The position numbers and the translations under genes are program-made. The notes beneath the pieces were generated by a model. It was not told where the DNA came from and searched no databases. It was given only the letters and a program-made list of their open reading frames with translations. From contig DATKSU010000001.1 in the NCBI GenBank assembly GCA_035531495.1, forward strand, positions 1 through 52,318: a stretch of DNA of 52,318 bases. The letters are read 5' to 3'. The number at the start of each line of letters is the position of its first letter. Positions within the stretch are counted from its first letter, which is position 1. Positions 18,956-28,224 of the stretch are shown piece by piece. Origin of the DNA: Minisyncoccota bacterium (lineage in GTDB: Bacteria > Patescibacteriota > Minisyncoccia > Phycocordibacterales > Phycocordibacteraceae).

Positions 18956-19873
18956 ATGACGTTCCGGTACGACTACCCAGACGGCGTCTGGATCGACCTC
19001 GAACAACCGACAGAGGAGGAGATTCACGAGGTCGCACGGGCATTTTCCATCAGCGAACGGCTCGAGACGGAGCTCCTCTACCCCACCCCGTCCCCGCTCG
19101 TCGCGAACGATCCGAGCACTGCGCTCCTCGTCCTGCATTTCCCCGAGCACGGCGAGGTGCACGGCGAGACAAAAAGTCAGGAGATCGATCTTGTCGTCGG
19201 CGCGCATTTCATCATCACGGTGCGGTACGAGGTCATCGCGCCCTTGCACCGCCTGAAGAAGCTGCTCGAGACGGAGAGTGTGGTCGACGGCACTGCCGCC
19301 ATCTCGACCGACGTGCTGCTCGAGATTATCTTCGCGCACCTCTATACGTCGGTTCGCGACCACACGAGCCACAGCGCCGACGTCCTCGCGCGCGTCGAGC
19401 GGGACATGTTCGGCGGCCACGAACGCACTACGGTGCGGGCGATCTCGACCATCAGCCGCGAATTCCTTCACCTCGAATCCGCGCTCGCCAACCAGGAAGA
19501 GCCGCTCGCTCGCTTCCTGCGCACGCTCTCCGAGCGCAGCTTCTTCGGGCCGTCATTCGCCGAGCGCACGACGCGCATCCTCGCCGAGCGCATCCAGATT
19601 GCGCACCTCGTGCGTACGCACCGCGCCGTCGCGACCGAATTGCGCGAGACGAACAGCGCGCTGCTGGAGTCCCGACAGAACGAGATCATGAAAACGCTCA
19701 CGATGATAACCGTCGTCGTGCTGCCGCTCGAGCTCATCGCCTTCGTCTTCGGCATGCACGTTCCCGGGACGCCGCTCGACCAGAATTCGCACGCGTTCTG
19801 GATTATCATGGCGGTCATGCTCGCGGCCGTCGGCTTCATGACTGTCTATTTCGCGCGCAAGCGCTGGTTCTGA
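18956..19873 (+). CDS. corA: CorA-family divalent cation transporter (GMH variant of the GMN motif)
   Basis: The size and two C-terminal TM helices with FVFGMHVPG between them match the CorA architecture. TGgTATCCT lies 6 nt upstream of the ATG. Confidence 0.8.
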   Translation: MTFRYDYPDGVWIDLEQPTEEEIHEVARAFSISERLETELLYPTPSPLVANDPSTALLVLHFPEHGEVHGETKSQEIDLVVGAHFIITVRYEVIAPLHRLKKLLETESVVDGTAAISTDVLLEIIFAHLYTSVRDHTSHSADVLARVERDMFGGHERTTVRAISTISREFLHLESALANQEEPLARFLRTLSERSFFGPSFAERTTRILAERIQIAHLVRTHRAVATELRETNSALLESRQNEIMKTLTMITVVVLPLELIAFVFGMHVPGTPLDQNSHAFWIIMAVMLAAVGFMTVYFARKRWF

Positions 19874-19876
19874 CGC

Positions 19877-21331
19877 ATGGAGTGGCTCGCGCGCATCTTC
19901 AGGAGATGGGAGCCGGCGGGCCGGACGCGGCCGGAGCCGATCTTCCTCACGAACACGCTCTCGGGCGCGGAAGAGGTCTTCACGCCGCTCACGAAGGGCG
20001 TCGCGCTTCTTTATAGCTGCGGACCGACCGTCTACGACCGCGCGCACATCGGCAACCTGCGCGCCTACGTCTTCGCCGATACCCTCGCGCGCACGCTCGC
20101 GGGCGCCGGCTACCGCGTCCGCCGCGTCATCAACATCACCGACGTCGGCCACCTGACGAGCGACGCCGACGAGGGCGAGGACAAGATGAGCGTCGCCGCC
20201 CGGCGCGAGCACGCGGCCCCGGACGAGATTGCGGATCGCTACGCGAAACGATTCATCGAAGACCTCGATGACCTCGGCATCGATACGGACGACATCCTCT
20301 TCCCGCGCGCGACCGAATACATCCGCGAGCAGATATCGCTCGCGAAGACGCTTGAGGAGAAGGGCTACGCGTACCGCACTGCGGACGGCCTCTATTTCGA
20401 CACGAGCCGCTTCCGGGGCTACGGCAAGCTCGGCAACGTCGCCGGCGCCTCGCTCGTCGCGGGCGCCCGCGTCGCGGTCGGCGGCGAGAAGCGCCATCCG
20501 GCCGACTTCGCGCTCTGGCGCGCTGCGAAGCCCGGCGACCTGCAGCAGTGGCTGAGCCCGTGGGGCCCGGGCAATCCCGGCTGGCACATCGAATGCTCGG
20601 CCATGAGCCGCGCGCTTCTCGGTCCTGAAATAGACATCCACACGGGAGGCGAGGACCACATCCAGATCCACCACAACAATGAGATAGCGCAGTCGGAAGC
20701 CGCGAGCGGACGGCCCTTCGTCCGCTACTGGATGCATAACGCTTTCCTCACGATGAGCGGCGAGAAAGCGTCGAAATCGCTTGGCAACGTCATTTATCTC
20801 TCGGACATCTCGGGAAAGGGCTATCACCCGCTCTCTCTGCGCTACTTCTTCCTCCAGGCACACTACCGCACGCCGCTCTCCTTCACGTGGGACGCGCTCG
20901 CCGGCGCCGCAAGCGCCCTTGAGCGCCTGTGGCGGACCGCGCGCGAAATCGCGACGGAGTCCGGGCGGAAGGCCGCCCATTCTTCGGCGCGCGACGCTTT
21001 CCTCGCCGCGATGCGCGACGACCTCTCGACGCCGCAGGCGCTCGGCATCCTCTGGGATGCGCTCAAGAGCGATGAGCGCAGCGCTGCCGAGAAATGGGGA
21101 CTCCTCAAGGATGCCGACCTTCACCTCGGACTTTCCCTCTTCGCTCCTCCGCCCGAACGGACTCCTGTCGAGATTCCGCCCGAAGTCGCTGAGATCCTCG
21201 TGAAGCGCGAGGCGGCCCGTAGGGCCAAGGATTACGCGGAGGCCGACCGTTTACGCGGCGAAATAGCGACCCGGGGATATCGTGTGGAAGACGGTCCCGA
21301 CGGGCCGGTATTGTCGAAGACGGCGCTTTGA
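19877..21331 (+). CDS. cysS: cysteinyl-tRNA synthetase
   Basis: CGPTVYDRAHIGNLR (HIGH), GWHIECSAM, the HHNNEIAQSEA region and KASKSLGN (KMSKS). Confidence 0.9.
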   Translation: MEWLARIFRRWEPAGRTRPEPIFLTNTLSGAEEVFTPLTKGVALLYSCGPTVYDRAHIGNLRAYVFADTLARTLAGAGYRVRRVINITDVGHLTSDADEGEDKMSVAARREHAAPDEIADRYAKRFIEDLDDLGIDTDDILFPRATEYIREQISLAKTLEEKGYAYRTADGLYFDTSRFRGYGKLGNVAGASLVAGARVAVGGEKRHPADFALWRAAKPGDLQQWLSPWGPGNPGWHIECSAMSRALLGPEIDIHTGGEDHIQIHHNNEIAQSEAASGRPFVRYWMHNAFLTMSGEKASKSLGNVIYLSDISGKGYHPLSLRYFFLQAHYRTPLSFTWDALAGAASALERLWRTAREIATESGRKAAHSSARDAFLAAMRDDLSTPQALGILWDALKSDERSAAEKWGLLKDADLHLGLSLFAPPPERTPVEIPPEVAEILVKREAARRAKDYAEADRLRGEIATRGYRVEDGPDGPVLSKTAL

Positions 21332-21346
21332 TACAATAGGCGGGCC

Positions 21347-22705
21347 ATGGCCGCCGACCGCATCCCGCCCCAATCGCTCGAATCGGAACGCGCGCTCCTC
21401 GGCGCGCTCCTCCTCAAGCCCGACGTCATCCACGACGTTTCCGATATCATCCGCGCGGATTCGTTCTACGCGGAGAAGCATCGGCTCATCTTCACCGCGA
21501 TGCACGATCTCGCCGAGCGCGGCGAGCCCATCGACCTTCTCACGCTCTCCGAGCGCCTCTCGGGCCAGGGTCTCATTGAGCGCGCCGGCGGCCGCGCGTA
21601 TCTCGCCGAGCTCGCCGCAGCGGCGCCCGCGCCCGGCAATTACGCGAACTACGCGGATCTCGTCTCGCGCAAGTTCCTCATGCGCTCCCTCATCGACGCG
21701 GCGTACGGCATCACCGAGTCCGCGTACGACGAGGCACGCGACGCGACCGAAGTGCTCGACGAAGCCGAGAAGAGCGTTTACGCCATCGGCAACGCCTCGG
21801 CTGCGCACAAGTTCACGGCTATCGGCGACACCATCCACGAGACCTGGGACCGCATCGAGGCCTTGTCGAAGAAAGAAGACGGCATCCGCGGCGTCCCGTC
21901 CGGCTTCCCTGCCCTCGACAACCTCCTCTCCGGATTCCACCCATCGGACCTCGTCATCCTCGCCGCGCGGCCGTCGATGGGCAAGACGTCGCTCGCCCTC
22001 GACATCGCGCGCAATGCCGCCGTGCGGCATGACACGCCCGTCGGCATCTTCTCGCTCGAGATGAGTTCGGAACAGCTCATCGACCGCATGCTCGCGGCGG
22101 AGGCCTTCGTTAATTCATGGAAACTGCGCACCGGCCAGGTGCGCGATGAGGAGGATTTCAGCCGCATCCGCGATGCGCTCGAGTCGCTCTCGAAAGCGCC
22201 CATTTATATCGACGACAAGCCGGGCAACAACATCCTCGCGATGCGCGCGGTCGCGCGACGGCTCAAGCGCGAGCGTGGCATCGGGCTCATCGTCGTGGAC
22301 TACCTGCAACTCATGGCGCCGACGAGCGCGAAAGCCTCGGATTCGCTCGTCCAGCAGGTGACGGAGATCTCGCGCTCCTTGAAATCGCTCGCGCGCGAGC
22401 TCCAAGTGCCGGTCCTCGCGCTTTCGCAGCTCTCGCGCGCGGTCGAGCAGCGCGGCGGGCGTCCGCGCCTCTCGGATCTGCGCGACTCGGGCTCCATCGA
22501 GCAGGACGCCGACGTCGTTATGTTCATCCACCGTGAGGACAAGAGGAATCCAGAGAGCGACCGGCCGAACATCGCCGAGGTCCTCATCGAGAAGCACCGG
22601 AACGGCCCGACCGGCAAGATCGAGCTCTATTTCGACGAGAAGCGCGCCACCTTCCAACCGGTGGATAGCGCCGGCTACGAGGGTCTCGCCGGCGAATTCG
22701 AGTGA
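21347..22705 (+). CDS. dnaB: replicative DNA helicase DnaB
   Basis: PPQSLESERALLGALLL N-domain, Walker A ARPSMGKTSLAL, LIVVDYLQLM and the SGSIEQDADVVMFIHR motif. TGaTACAAT lies 9 nt upstream. Confidence 0.95.
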   Translation: MAADRIPPQSLESERALLGALLLKPDVIHDVSDIIRADSFYAEKHRLIFTAMHDLAERGEPIDLLTLSERLSGQGLIERAGGRAYLAELAAAAPAPGNYANYADLVSRKFLMRSLIDAAYGITESAYDEARDATEVLDEAEKSVYAIGNASAAHKFTAIGDTIHETWDRIEALSKKEDGIRGVPSGFPALDNLLSGFHPSDLVILAARPSMGKTSLALDIARNAAVRHDTPVGIFSLEMSSEQLIDRMLAAEAFVNSWKLRTGQVRDEEDFSRIRDALESLSKAPIYIDDKPGNNILAMRAVARRLKRERGIGLIVVDYLQLMAPTSAKASDSLVQQVTEISRSLKSLARELQVPVLALSQLSRAVEQRGGRPRLSDLRDSGSIEQDADVVMFIHREDKRNPESDRPNIAEVLIEKHRNGPTGKIELYFDEKRATFQPVDSAGYEGLAGEFE

Positions 22706-22706
22706 C

Positions 22707-23312
22707 ATGGCTGACCGCATCGACGAGCTCGCGCACGCCTTCGCCCGCTTCCCCGGCATCGGACCGCGGCAGGCGAAACGTTTCGTCTTCCATCTCCTCG
22801 CGGCTCCGGCCGCCGAGCGCGCGGCGCTCATCGCGCTCATCACCGCCCTCGGGAAGGATGTCCGCCAGTGTCCTGACTGTCTGCGCTATTACAACGGCAC
22901 GGGCGGCGCGGCGTGCGCGTACTGCATGGACGCGCACCGGGATGATGCGGTCCTCATGCTCGTCGAGAAGGACCAGGACCTCGCTGCAGTGGAGCGCGCT
23001 GGGACGTATAAGGGCCGCTATTTCGTCCTCGGCGGCGTCCTCATGCTCTCGGGCAAGGGCGCCATCCGCGAGAAGGAGCTTGTGAAGGCAGTCGAGAAGC
23101 GGCTCGCCAAAGGGCTTATGGAAATCGTCCTCGCACTCTCGGCGACCTCCGAGGGCGAGCATACGGCTGACCGGGTGCGCGAGCTCCTTGCGCCCCTACG
23201 CGACAAGGTACGCATCACGACGCTCGGCCGCGGTCTCGCGACCGGTTCCGAGCTCGAATATTCCGACGCGGAGACTTTGCGCGCGGCACTCTCGAATCGC
23301 CGGGAGACCTAG
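22707..23312 (+). CDS. recR: recombination protein RecR
   Basis: FPGIGPRQAKRFVFHLL (HhH), a C4 zinc finger (CPDC...CAYC) and a Toprim region. Start is at the internal Met just after the dnaB stop. Confidence 0.9.
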   Translation: MADRIDELAHAFARFPGIGPRQAKRFVFHLLAAPAAERAALIALITALGKDVRQCPDCLRYYNGTGGAACAYCMDAHRDDAVLMLVEKDQDLAAVERAGTYKGRYFVLGGVLMLSGKGAIREKELVKAVEKRLAKGLMEIVLALSATSEGEHTADRVRELLAPLRDKVRITTLGRGLATGSELEYSDAETLRAALSNRRET

Positions 23313-24664
23313 CGCTCCGGGACGAACGTAAGCGCCTTCCCTTTCATCTCCGCGCGGCCAGTGCGGCCGATGCGGTGGACGTAGTCTTCGTAGGTTGACG
23401 GCAAGTCGTAATTGATGACGTGCGAGACGGCCGGGATGTCGAGACCGCGCGCAGCGACGTCGGTCGCGATGAGCGCGCTCACCTTCCCCTGCTTGAACGC
23501 CTCGAGGGCGCGCATGCGCGCGTGGTGCGTCTTGTTGCCGTGGATGGATTCCGCGAAGATGCGCTGGCGCGAGAGCGCCTTCGCGAGCTTCTCGACGCCG
23601 TACTTCGTGCGCCCGAAGACGAGCACCTTGCTGAACTCCGGCTTCTGGAGGAGGTCGACGAGGACCTCAAACTTATCTTTCCCGCGCGGGATGCGGACGA
23701 CGTCCTGCTCGACGTTCTTCGGCGTGTCGCGCGTCTTCACAGAGATGACGACCGGGCTCGAGAGAAAGTCGCCAATGAGTCCTTCGATGTCCTTCGACAT
23801 TGTGGCCGAGAAGAAGAGCGTATGGCGCTCCGAGCGCATTTTCCCGAGGATGAAGCGCATGTCGTCGATGAAGCCCATGTCGAGCATGCGGTCGGCTTCG
23901 TCGAGGACGACGGTGCCGAAACCCGAGAGGTCGAGCGACTTGCGTTCCATGAGGTCCTTCAAACGCCCCGGTGTACCGATGACGAAGGCTGGGTCATGGC
24001 GCAAGGCCGCAATCTGCGGACTGATGTTCGCGCCGCCGACGGCGACCATGCCGCGGAAGCCGAGGCCCTTCGCGAAGCCGGCGAGTTCCTTCTCAATCTG
24101 CACGGCGAGCTCGCGGGTCGGCGCCATGATGAGAACGTGCTCGCCTTTCTGCTTCATGACCTTGTCGATGAGCGGAATGAGGAAAGCCGCCGTCTTGCCG
24201 GTGCCGGTCTCGGCGAGCCCGACGACGTCCTGGCCAAGGAGCGCGTGCGGGATGGCCTTATCCTGGATAGGTGTCGGCAGCCCGTAGCCCTTGGCCGTGA
24301 TGTTCTGCTTCAGATGCTCGTTGATATCGAAATCGGAGAAGTGATGCTCCGGCACGAAGGCCGGTTCTTCAGTCGTGACGACGGCCCGATTCTGGAACTT
24401 CGCAATCTCGGATTCCGTCTCGCCGAAGGCACCGAATCCGCCGCGCTTGCCCCGTCCGCCATAGCCGCTACGAGAACCGCGACCGCCGAAGTCCCGACTG
24501 CCGCGAGAACCGCCGCGTCCCGAGCGCGCGCCGGACCGCCCGTCCCGCTCTGGCGAGTAGGAACGTTGACGCGGCGCGCGCTCGTCGCCCGCGTGGGCAT
24601 GCGAGCTCCGCCCGCCCGAATGAGAGCCTGCTGCCGACTGATGATTCCACCTGCCTATCTGCAT
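23309..24664 (-). CDS. DEAD-box ATP-dependent RNA helicase with an N-terminal Arg/Gly-rich extension
   Basis: Q motif (GYGLPTPIQ), AETGTGKT, PTRELA, VLDEAD, SAT and HRIGRTGRAE. The first ATG at 24664 was used; a GTG at 24724 is possible. Confidence 0.9.
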   Translation of the reverse strand: MQIGRWNHQSAAGSHSGGRSSHAHAGDERAPRQRSYSPERDGRSGARSGRGGSRGSRDFGGRGSRSGYGGRGKRGGFGAFGETESEIAKFQNRAVVTTEEPAFVPEHHFSDFDINEHLKQNITAKGYGLPTPIQDKAIPHALLGQDVVGLAETGTGKTAAFLIPLIDKVMKQKGEHVLIMAPTRELAVQIEKELAGFAKGLGFRGMVAVGGANISPQIAALRHDPAFVIGTPGRLKDLMERKSLDLSGFGTVVLDEADRMLDMGFIDDMRFILGKMRSERHTLFFSATMSKDIEGLIGDFLSSPVVISVKTRDTPKNVEQDVVRIPRGKDKFEVLVDLLQKPEFSKVLVFGRTKYGVEKLAKALSRQRIFAESIHGNKTHHARMRALEAFKQGKVSALIATDVAARGLDIPAVSHVINYDLPSTYEDYVHRIGRTGRAEMKGKALTFVPER

Positions 24665-24739
24665 GAATGTGAGTTGTATATGTGAGTAGTATGCCGGGCC
24701 GGATGCCTGGCTCGCTCGCAGCACCGCATGAGACGCGGG

Positions 24740-25057
24740 CTACGAAATCGAATCGATCTTCACCTTGAGGAGCGGCTGTCGGTGGCCGCGTCGCTTGTAG
24801 TAGCGGCTCTTCGGCTTGTATTTGACAACCTCTATTTTTTTGGCCCGTCCGGACTCTACGACCGTGCCCTTCACCTCCGCGCCCTTGATCGTCGGCGCGC
24901 CGATGGTCGTGTCCGAGCCGTTGTCCACGAGGAGTACCTCGCCGAAGACAACCGAGTCGCCTTTCTTCAGGTCGCCAGAGAGCTTCTCGATAGTGAGAAT
25001 GTCGCCCTTGGAGACGACATATTGCTTCCCGCCGGTCTTGATTACGGCCACTTCCAT
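24740..25057 (-). CDS. rplU: 50S ribosomal protein L21
   Basis: MEVAVIKTGGKQYVV... is typical of L21. TGcTAATGT lies 8 nt upstream of the ATG at 25057. Confidence 0.9.
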   Translation of the reverse strand: MEVAVIKTGGKQYVVSKGDILTIEKLSGDLKKGDSVVFGEVLLVDNGSDTTIGAPTIKGAEVKGTVVESGRAKKIEVVKYKPKSRYYKRRGHRQPLLKVKIDSIS

Positions 25058-25083
25058 GTAGCCGAACATTAGCATTTCTAGAG

Positions 25084-25114
25084 CAAAAAGACAAGGCGGA
25101 CCGCGTGGTCCGCC
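25084..25114 (-). terminator. rho-independent terminator downstream of the 217-aa gene
   Basis: On the minus strand, GGCGGACC-ACGC-GGTCCGCC is followed by TTGTCTTTTTGC. Confidence 0.65.
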
Positions 25115-25129
25115 CCTAGAAACCGCCCC

Positions 25130-25783
25130 CTAGCGCGACGGTACGACGTTCTCTGGACGGCCGATTTTCCAGCCCCGGCGCCGGCGCAGCGCCGTGCCGG
25201 GCTTCTTCCCTGCTGCCGCCAGCTTCTTCGCATACCGCGCACGCCGCTTGCGTTCGGATGTGAGAAAATCGACTGCCGCGGCTGGCAAGCCGTAATCCCA
25301 CGGGAGCGTGACTGCCTCCTTGTGGTTTCCCGGCCGCGCGCAACGCCAATAACGCGCCTTGAAACCTTTCCCGCGCACGATGTTCATCCGAGCGTGGCAC
25401 TCTGGACAGAGCGGACGATTCATCGCCCGGAGCTGCGCGATGCGCGCATGTGTGCGCAACCTGCGCAGGAACCCTTCCGTCCGGTGCAGCGGGTGAGTGA
25501 AATACTTCACGTCGTCCCCCTCCTTTATGAGGACCCAGCCGGCGTCCTGCCCGCGCGCGTAGTTCTCGCGAGGAAGAAACGTCGTCCAGACCACGACCTC
25601 GAGACCGTTCGCGTGGAAGACGAAGCCGGCTTCCCTGCCCTCGCGCGGCGACGGAGCTTTGAGTCCGAGCCGCACGAAGTCCTTCTTGAATTCCTGCCGC
25701 GAGACCCTGCGGAACCCGCGTGCCTCGAACCAGCGACAAGAGCGCTCGAATTCCTCCGAGCTCGGTAGCACTTTTGCAGGCAT
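25130..25783 (-). CDS. hypothetical protein with a topoisomerase-type zinc ribbon and a basic C-terminal tail
   Basis: The ATG at 25783 has a strong SD (AAGGAGGcagaaATG). CPECHARMNIVRGKGFKARYWRC...H resembles C4 topoisomerase-type zinc ribbons. The N-terminal domain is unassigned. Confidence 0.6.
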   Translation of the reverse strand: MPAKVLPSSEEFERSCRWFEARGFRRVSRQEFKKDFVRLGLKAPSPREGREAGFVFHANGLEVVVWTTFLPRENYARGQDAGWVLIKEGDDVKYFTHPLHRTEGFLRRLRTHARIAQLRAMNRPLCPECHARMNIVRGKGFKARYWRCARPGNHKEAVTLPWDYGLPAAAVDFLTSERKRRARYAKKLAAAGKKPGTALRRRRGWKIGRPENVVPSR

Positions 25784-25872
25784 TTCTGCCTCCTTCTTCA
25801 AGAACAAGTCAGGCCATACTGTAGCCCATGTCACCCGGCAACGCACGTTGCCGGCGGAAAACCCCGAGAGCA

Positions 25873-26940
25873 TTACTCGTTCTCCACCACCGGCTTCTCG
25901 AGGAGCTCGGGTTCGATGCCGACCGTCGTTTCCGAGATGCGGTACACGTCCTTGTCTATCTTGCCGAGCTCCTTATAGCCCGCGTTGTAGTGGGAGACGC
26001 TCGTGCCGAGAGAGACGCCGAGCTTCCGGTAGAACTCTTCGTACGCGCCGATATGCTTCCCGAGCTCCCCTACCCGCTTCTGGATGTCGACGGCCTTCTG
26101 CTCTATCTGGAGCGCCTTGAGCCCCTGCATCACTGTCTGGAGATACGCGAGGAAGGACGTCGGCGAGACGATGATAACTTTGTATTTGCTCGCCGCCCTT
26201 TGGATGAGATTCTCGTCTTCTCCGCCCCCGACCTGGTTCGTGAGAAGGTCGTAGTAGATGCCCTCCGACGGGATGAACATGAAGGCGAAGTCCATCGTGT
26301 TCTCCTCGGGGCGAATGTACTTGGCCGTCTCCTGGATGCGCAACTTCAGGTCGTTCACGAACGCCTTCTCGGCAGCGACGCGCTCCGGCGTGCCGATTTG
26401 GGTACTCACGAACCGGTTGTAGTTATCGAGCGAGAACTTGGAATCCACCGGCACAAGCTTCTTGTCGATGATGATGACCGCGTCCACGATCTCTCCGTTC
26501 TTGAACGGGTACTGGATGCGGTAATCCTCGGGCGACATCACGTTCTTCAAGACCGTCTCCAGGTAATACTCGCCGAGGATGCCGCGCTGCTTCGGGTTCT
26601 TCAAGAGGTCCTGGAGCGACTGAAGTTGCTCGGCATACGTCTGGGTCTGGCGGCCGATCTCCTTCACCGAGGTGAGCTCGGTCGTAATTTCTTTGATGAG
26701 TTTCGAGGACTCGGCGAATTGCCGATGTGAGTTCTCCTGCATCAGTTTCGAGGATTCCGAAACGCGCGCGTCGAGCGTCTTCGTGAGCTCCTGCATCTGC
26801 TGCTGCAGCAGCACCATCGCGCTGCCCTCTTCCGGCCGCGGTGCGTTCTGGCGCTTCAGCCAGCCGAAGATGACCGAGAGGCCGATGACCTGCACGATGA
26901 CGAGCGCGGCGATGATGAGGAGTATCGTGAGCGGGTCCAT
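25873..26940 (-). CDS. rmuC: DNA recombination protein RmuC
   Basis: An N-terminal TM segment, a long coiled-coil and a C-terminal nuclease-like domain with FAFMFIPSEGIYYD are typical of RmuC. Start is at the internal Met (MDPLTILLII). Confidence 0.85.
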   Translation of the reverse strand: MDPLTILLIIAALVIVQVIGLSVIFGWLKRQNAPRPEEGSAMVLLQQQMQELTKTLDARVSESSKLMQENSHRQFAESSKLIKEITTELTSVKEIGRQTQTYAEQLQSLQDLLKNPKQRGILGEYYLETVLKNVMSPEDYRIQYPFKNGEIVDAVIIIDKKLVPVDSKFSLDNYNRFVSTQIGTPERVAAEKAFVNDLKLRIQETAKYIRPEENTMDFAFMFIPSEGIYYDLLTNQVGGGEDENLIQRAASKYKVIIVSPTSFLAYLQTVMQGLKALQIEQKAVDIQKRVGELGKHIGAYEEFYRKLGVSLGTSVSHYNAGYKELGKIDKDVYRISETTVGIEPELLEKPVVENE

Positions 26941-26962
26941 GGGCTGTAGTATACTCTGCCCC
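26941..26962. promoter_or_regulatory. 22-bp divergent promoter with a palindromic -10 (AGTATACT) serving rmuC and the yqeY-like gene
   Basis: GGGCTGTAGTATACTCTGCCCC sits between the two ATGs. TATACT reads on both strands (26950-26955 plus, 26948-26953 minus). Each copy is exactly 7 nt from its ATG. Confidence 0.6.
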
Positions 26963-27418
26963 ATGACTATCCACGAAACCCTGAAGGCCGCCATCCCGAA
27001 CGCCATGCGCGCGAAGGACGAGGTGAAGCTCCGAACGCTCCGCTCCCTCGTGACCGCGATGACCAACGAAGTCGTCGCGAAGAAGCGCAGGCCCGACGAG
27101 TTCCTCACTGACGAGGAGGTCGTCGCGGTCATCAAGCGCGCCGCGAACCAGCGCAAGGACTCCATCGAGCAATTCGAGAAGGCCGGTAGGAACGATCTCG
27201 CCGAACCCGAGAAGGCGGAGCTCGCCATCATCGAATCCTACCTTCCGCAAATGATGAGCCGCGAAGACATCGAGAAGCTTGCGCGCGCGAAGATGGCGGA
27301 CCTCGGCGTCTCCTCAAAAGCCGACGCAGGCCGCTTCATGAGCGCCCTCATGAAGGACCTCAAGGGCAAGGCAGATGGCGGCGACGTGAAGGCGGTCGTG
27401 GACGCGCTTCTTGACTGA
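26963..27418 (+). CDS. GatB/YqeY domain-containing protein
   Basis: LKAAIPNAMRAKDEVKLRTLRSL...EIIESYLPQMMSREDIE...GKADGGDVKAVV matches the stand-alone YqeY family pattern. Confidence 0.85.
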   Translation: MTIHETLKAAIPNAMRAKDEVKLRTLRSLVTAMTNEVVAKKRRPDEFLTDEEVVAVIKRAANQRKDSIEQFEKAGRNDLAEPEKAELAIIESYLPQMMSREDIEKLARAKMADLGVSSKADAGRFMSALMKDLKGKADGGDVKAVVDALLD

Positions 27419-27485
27419 CGCCGATCTTATCATATCCTGGACTCCGGAAACGCGAGGAGGAGAAGGTTCGGCACAGGAGATCTTC

Positions 27486-27863
27486 ATGAAAATCGCGTTA
27501 AATGAGGCAATCGGGCCCAGCGTGGCGCGGATTATCGTGCCGACGATCTGCCCGGCGGGCAAGCAGTTCATCGGCTTCGTCGTTCCGGTGAACCATCTCC
27601 CGCTCGGCGACGTACAGCGCATCGCGCAGGATTTCTCGAGCGATCCGCAGGTCGAGGTAGCAGTAGTGACCAAGCCGCTCTTGGACGGACTCGTACACTG
27701 CCTGTCAGTGGTTCACACCTTCGGACGGAACGTGTACTTGTCCCAGAAAGACCTGGGTCGAGCGGCCGAAAGCCTTCGGAGACAGATACATCTTGCCCTC
27801 GGCGTCCCGGCCGACATCAACCGGGTCGTGAGCAGCCGCGCCGCGTGGCGCTTGCTGAAGTAG
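27486..27863 (+). CDS. hypothetical protein, 125 aa
   Basis: ATG after cAGGAGatcttc. The codon usage is host-like and no family was recognised. Confidence 0.45.
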   Translation: MKIALNEAIGPSVARIIVPTICPAGKQFIGFVVPVNHLPLGDVQRIAQDFSSDPQVEVAVVTKPLLDGLVHCLSVVHTFGRNVYLSQKDLGRAAESLRRQIHLALGVPADINRVVSSRAAWRLLK

Positions 27864-27989
27864 CTTGTCTTCGTTTCTATGTCGGCGTCCTCTGGGCGCC
27901 GTTTTTTTCGCTTCGGTAGTGGCTTGCTTTTTGCGAAAGACTGGTGCTTAATTACGAAAGTTCTACGAAACCAAACGGAGCATGTACAT

Positions 27990-28220
27990 ATGAGCAATGA
28001 GAAGCCGAAGATAGTGCGTGACGCGCAGCTTCGTGGCGATTCTGAAGCCCTCTCAAATATGGGCCGGAAAGGAGTATCTCGTAAAATACAACTCGAAGAC
28101 CTCAAAAAGGCGGGGGAGCAAGCGGAACGCGAGCGTCTGGAGGCGGAACAGGCGAAGCTCTATTCAACTAATAAGGAGGGTGACGTTCTCCCGCCGGAAT
28201 CACCCTCTACCGAAGAATAG
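27990..28220 (+). CDS. small hydrophilic protein, 76 aa, in a lower-G+C patch
   Basis: Internal ATG. The product is charged and coiled-coil-like (AERERLEAEQAKL). A clean terminator follows. There is only a weak resemblance to KGG-type stress peptides (NMGRKG). Confidence 0.45.
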   Translation: MSNEKPKIVRDAQLRGDSEALSNMGRKGVSRKIQLEDLKKAGEQAERERLEAEQAKLYSTNKEGDVLPPESPSTEE

Positions 28221-28224
28221 CCTC

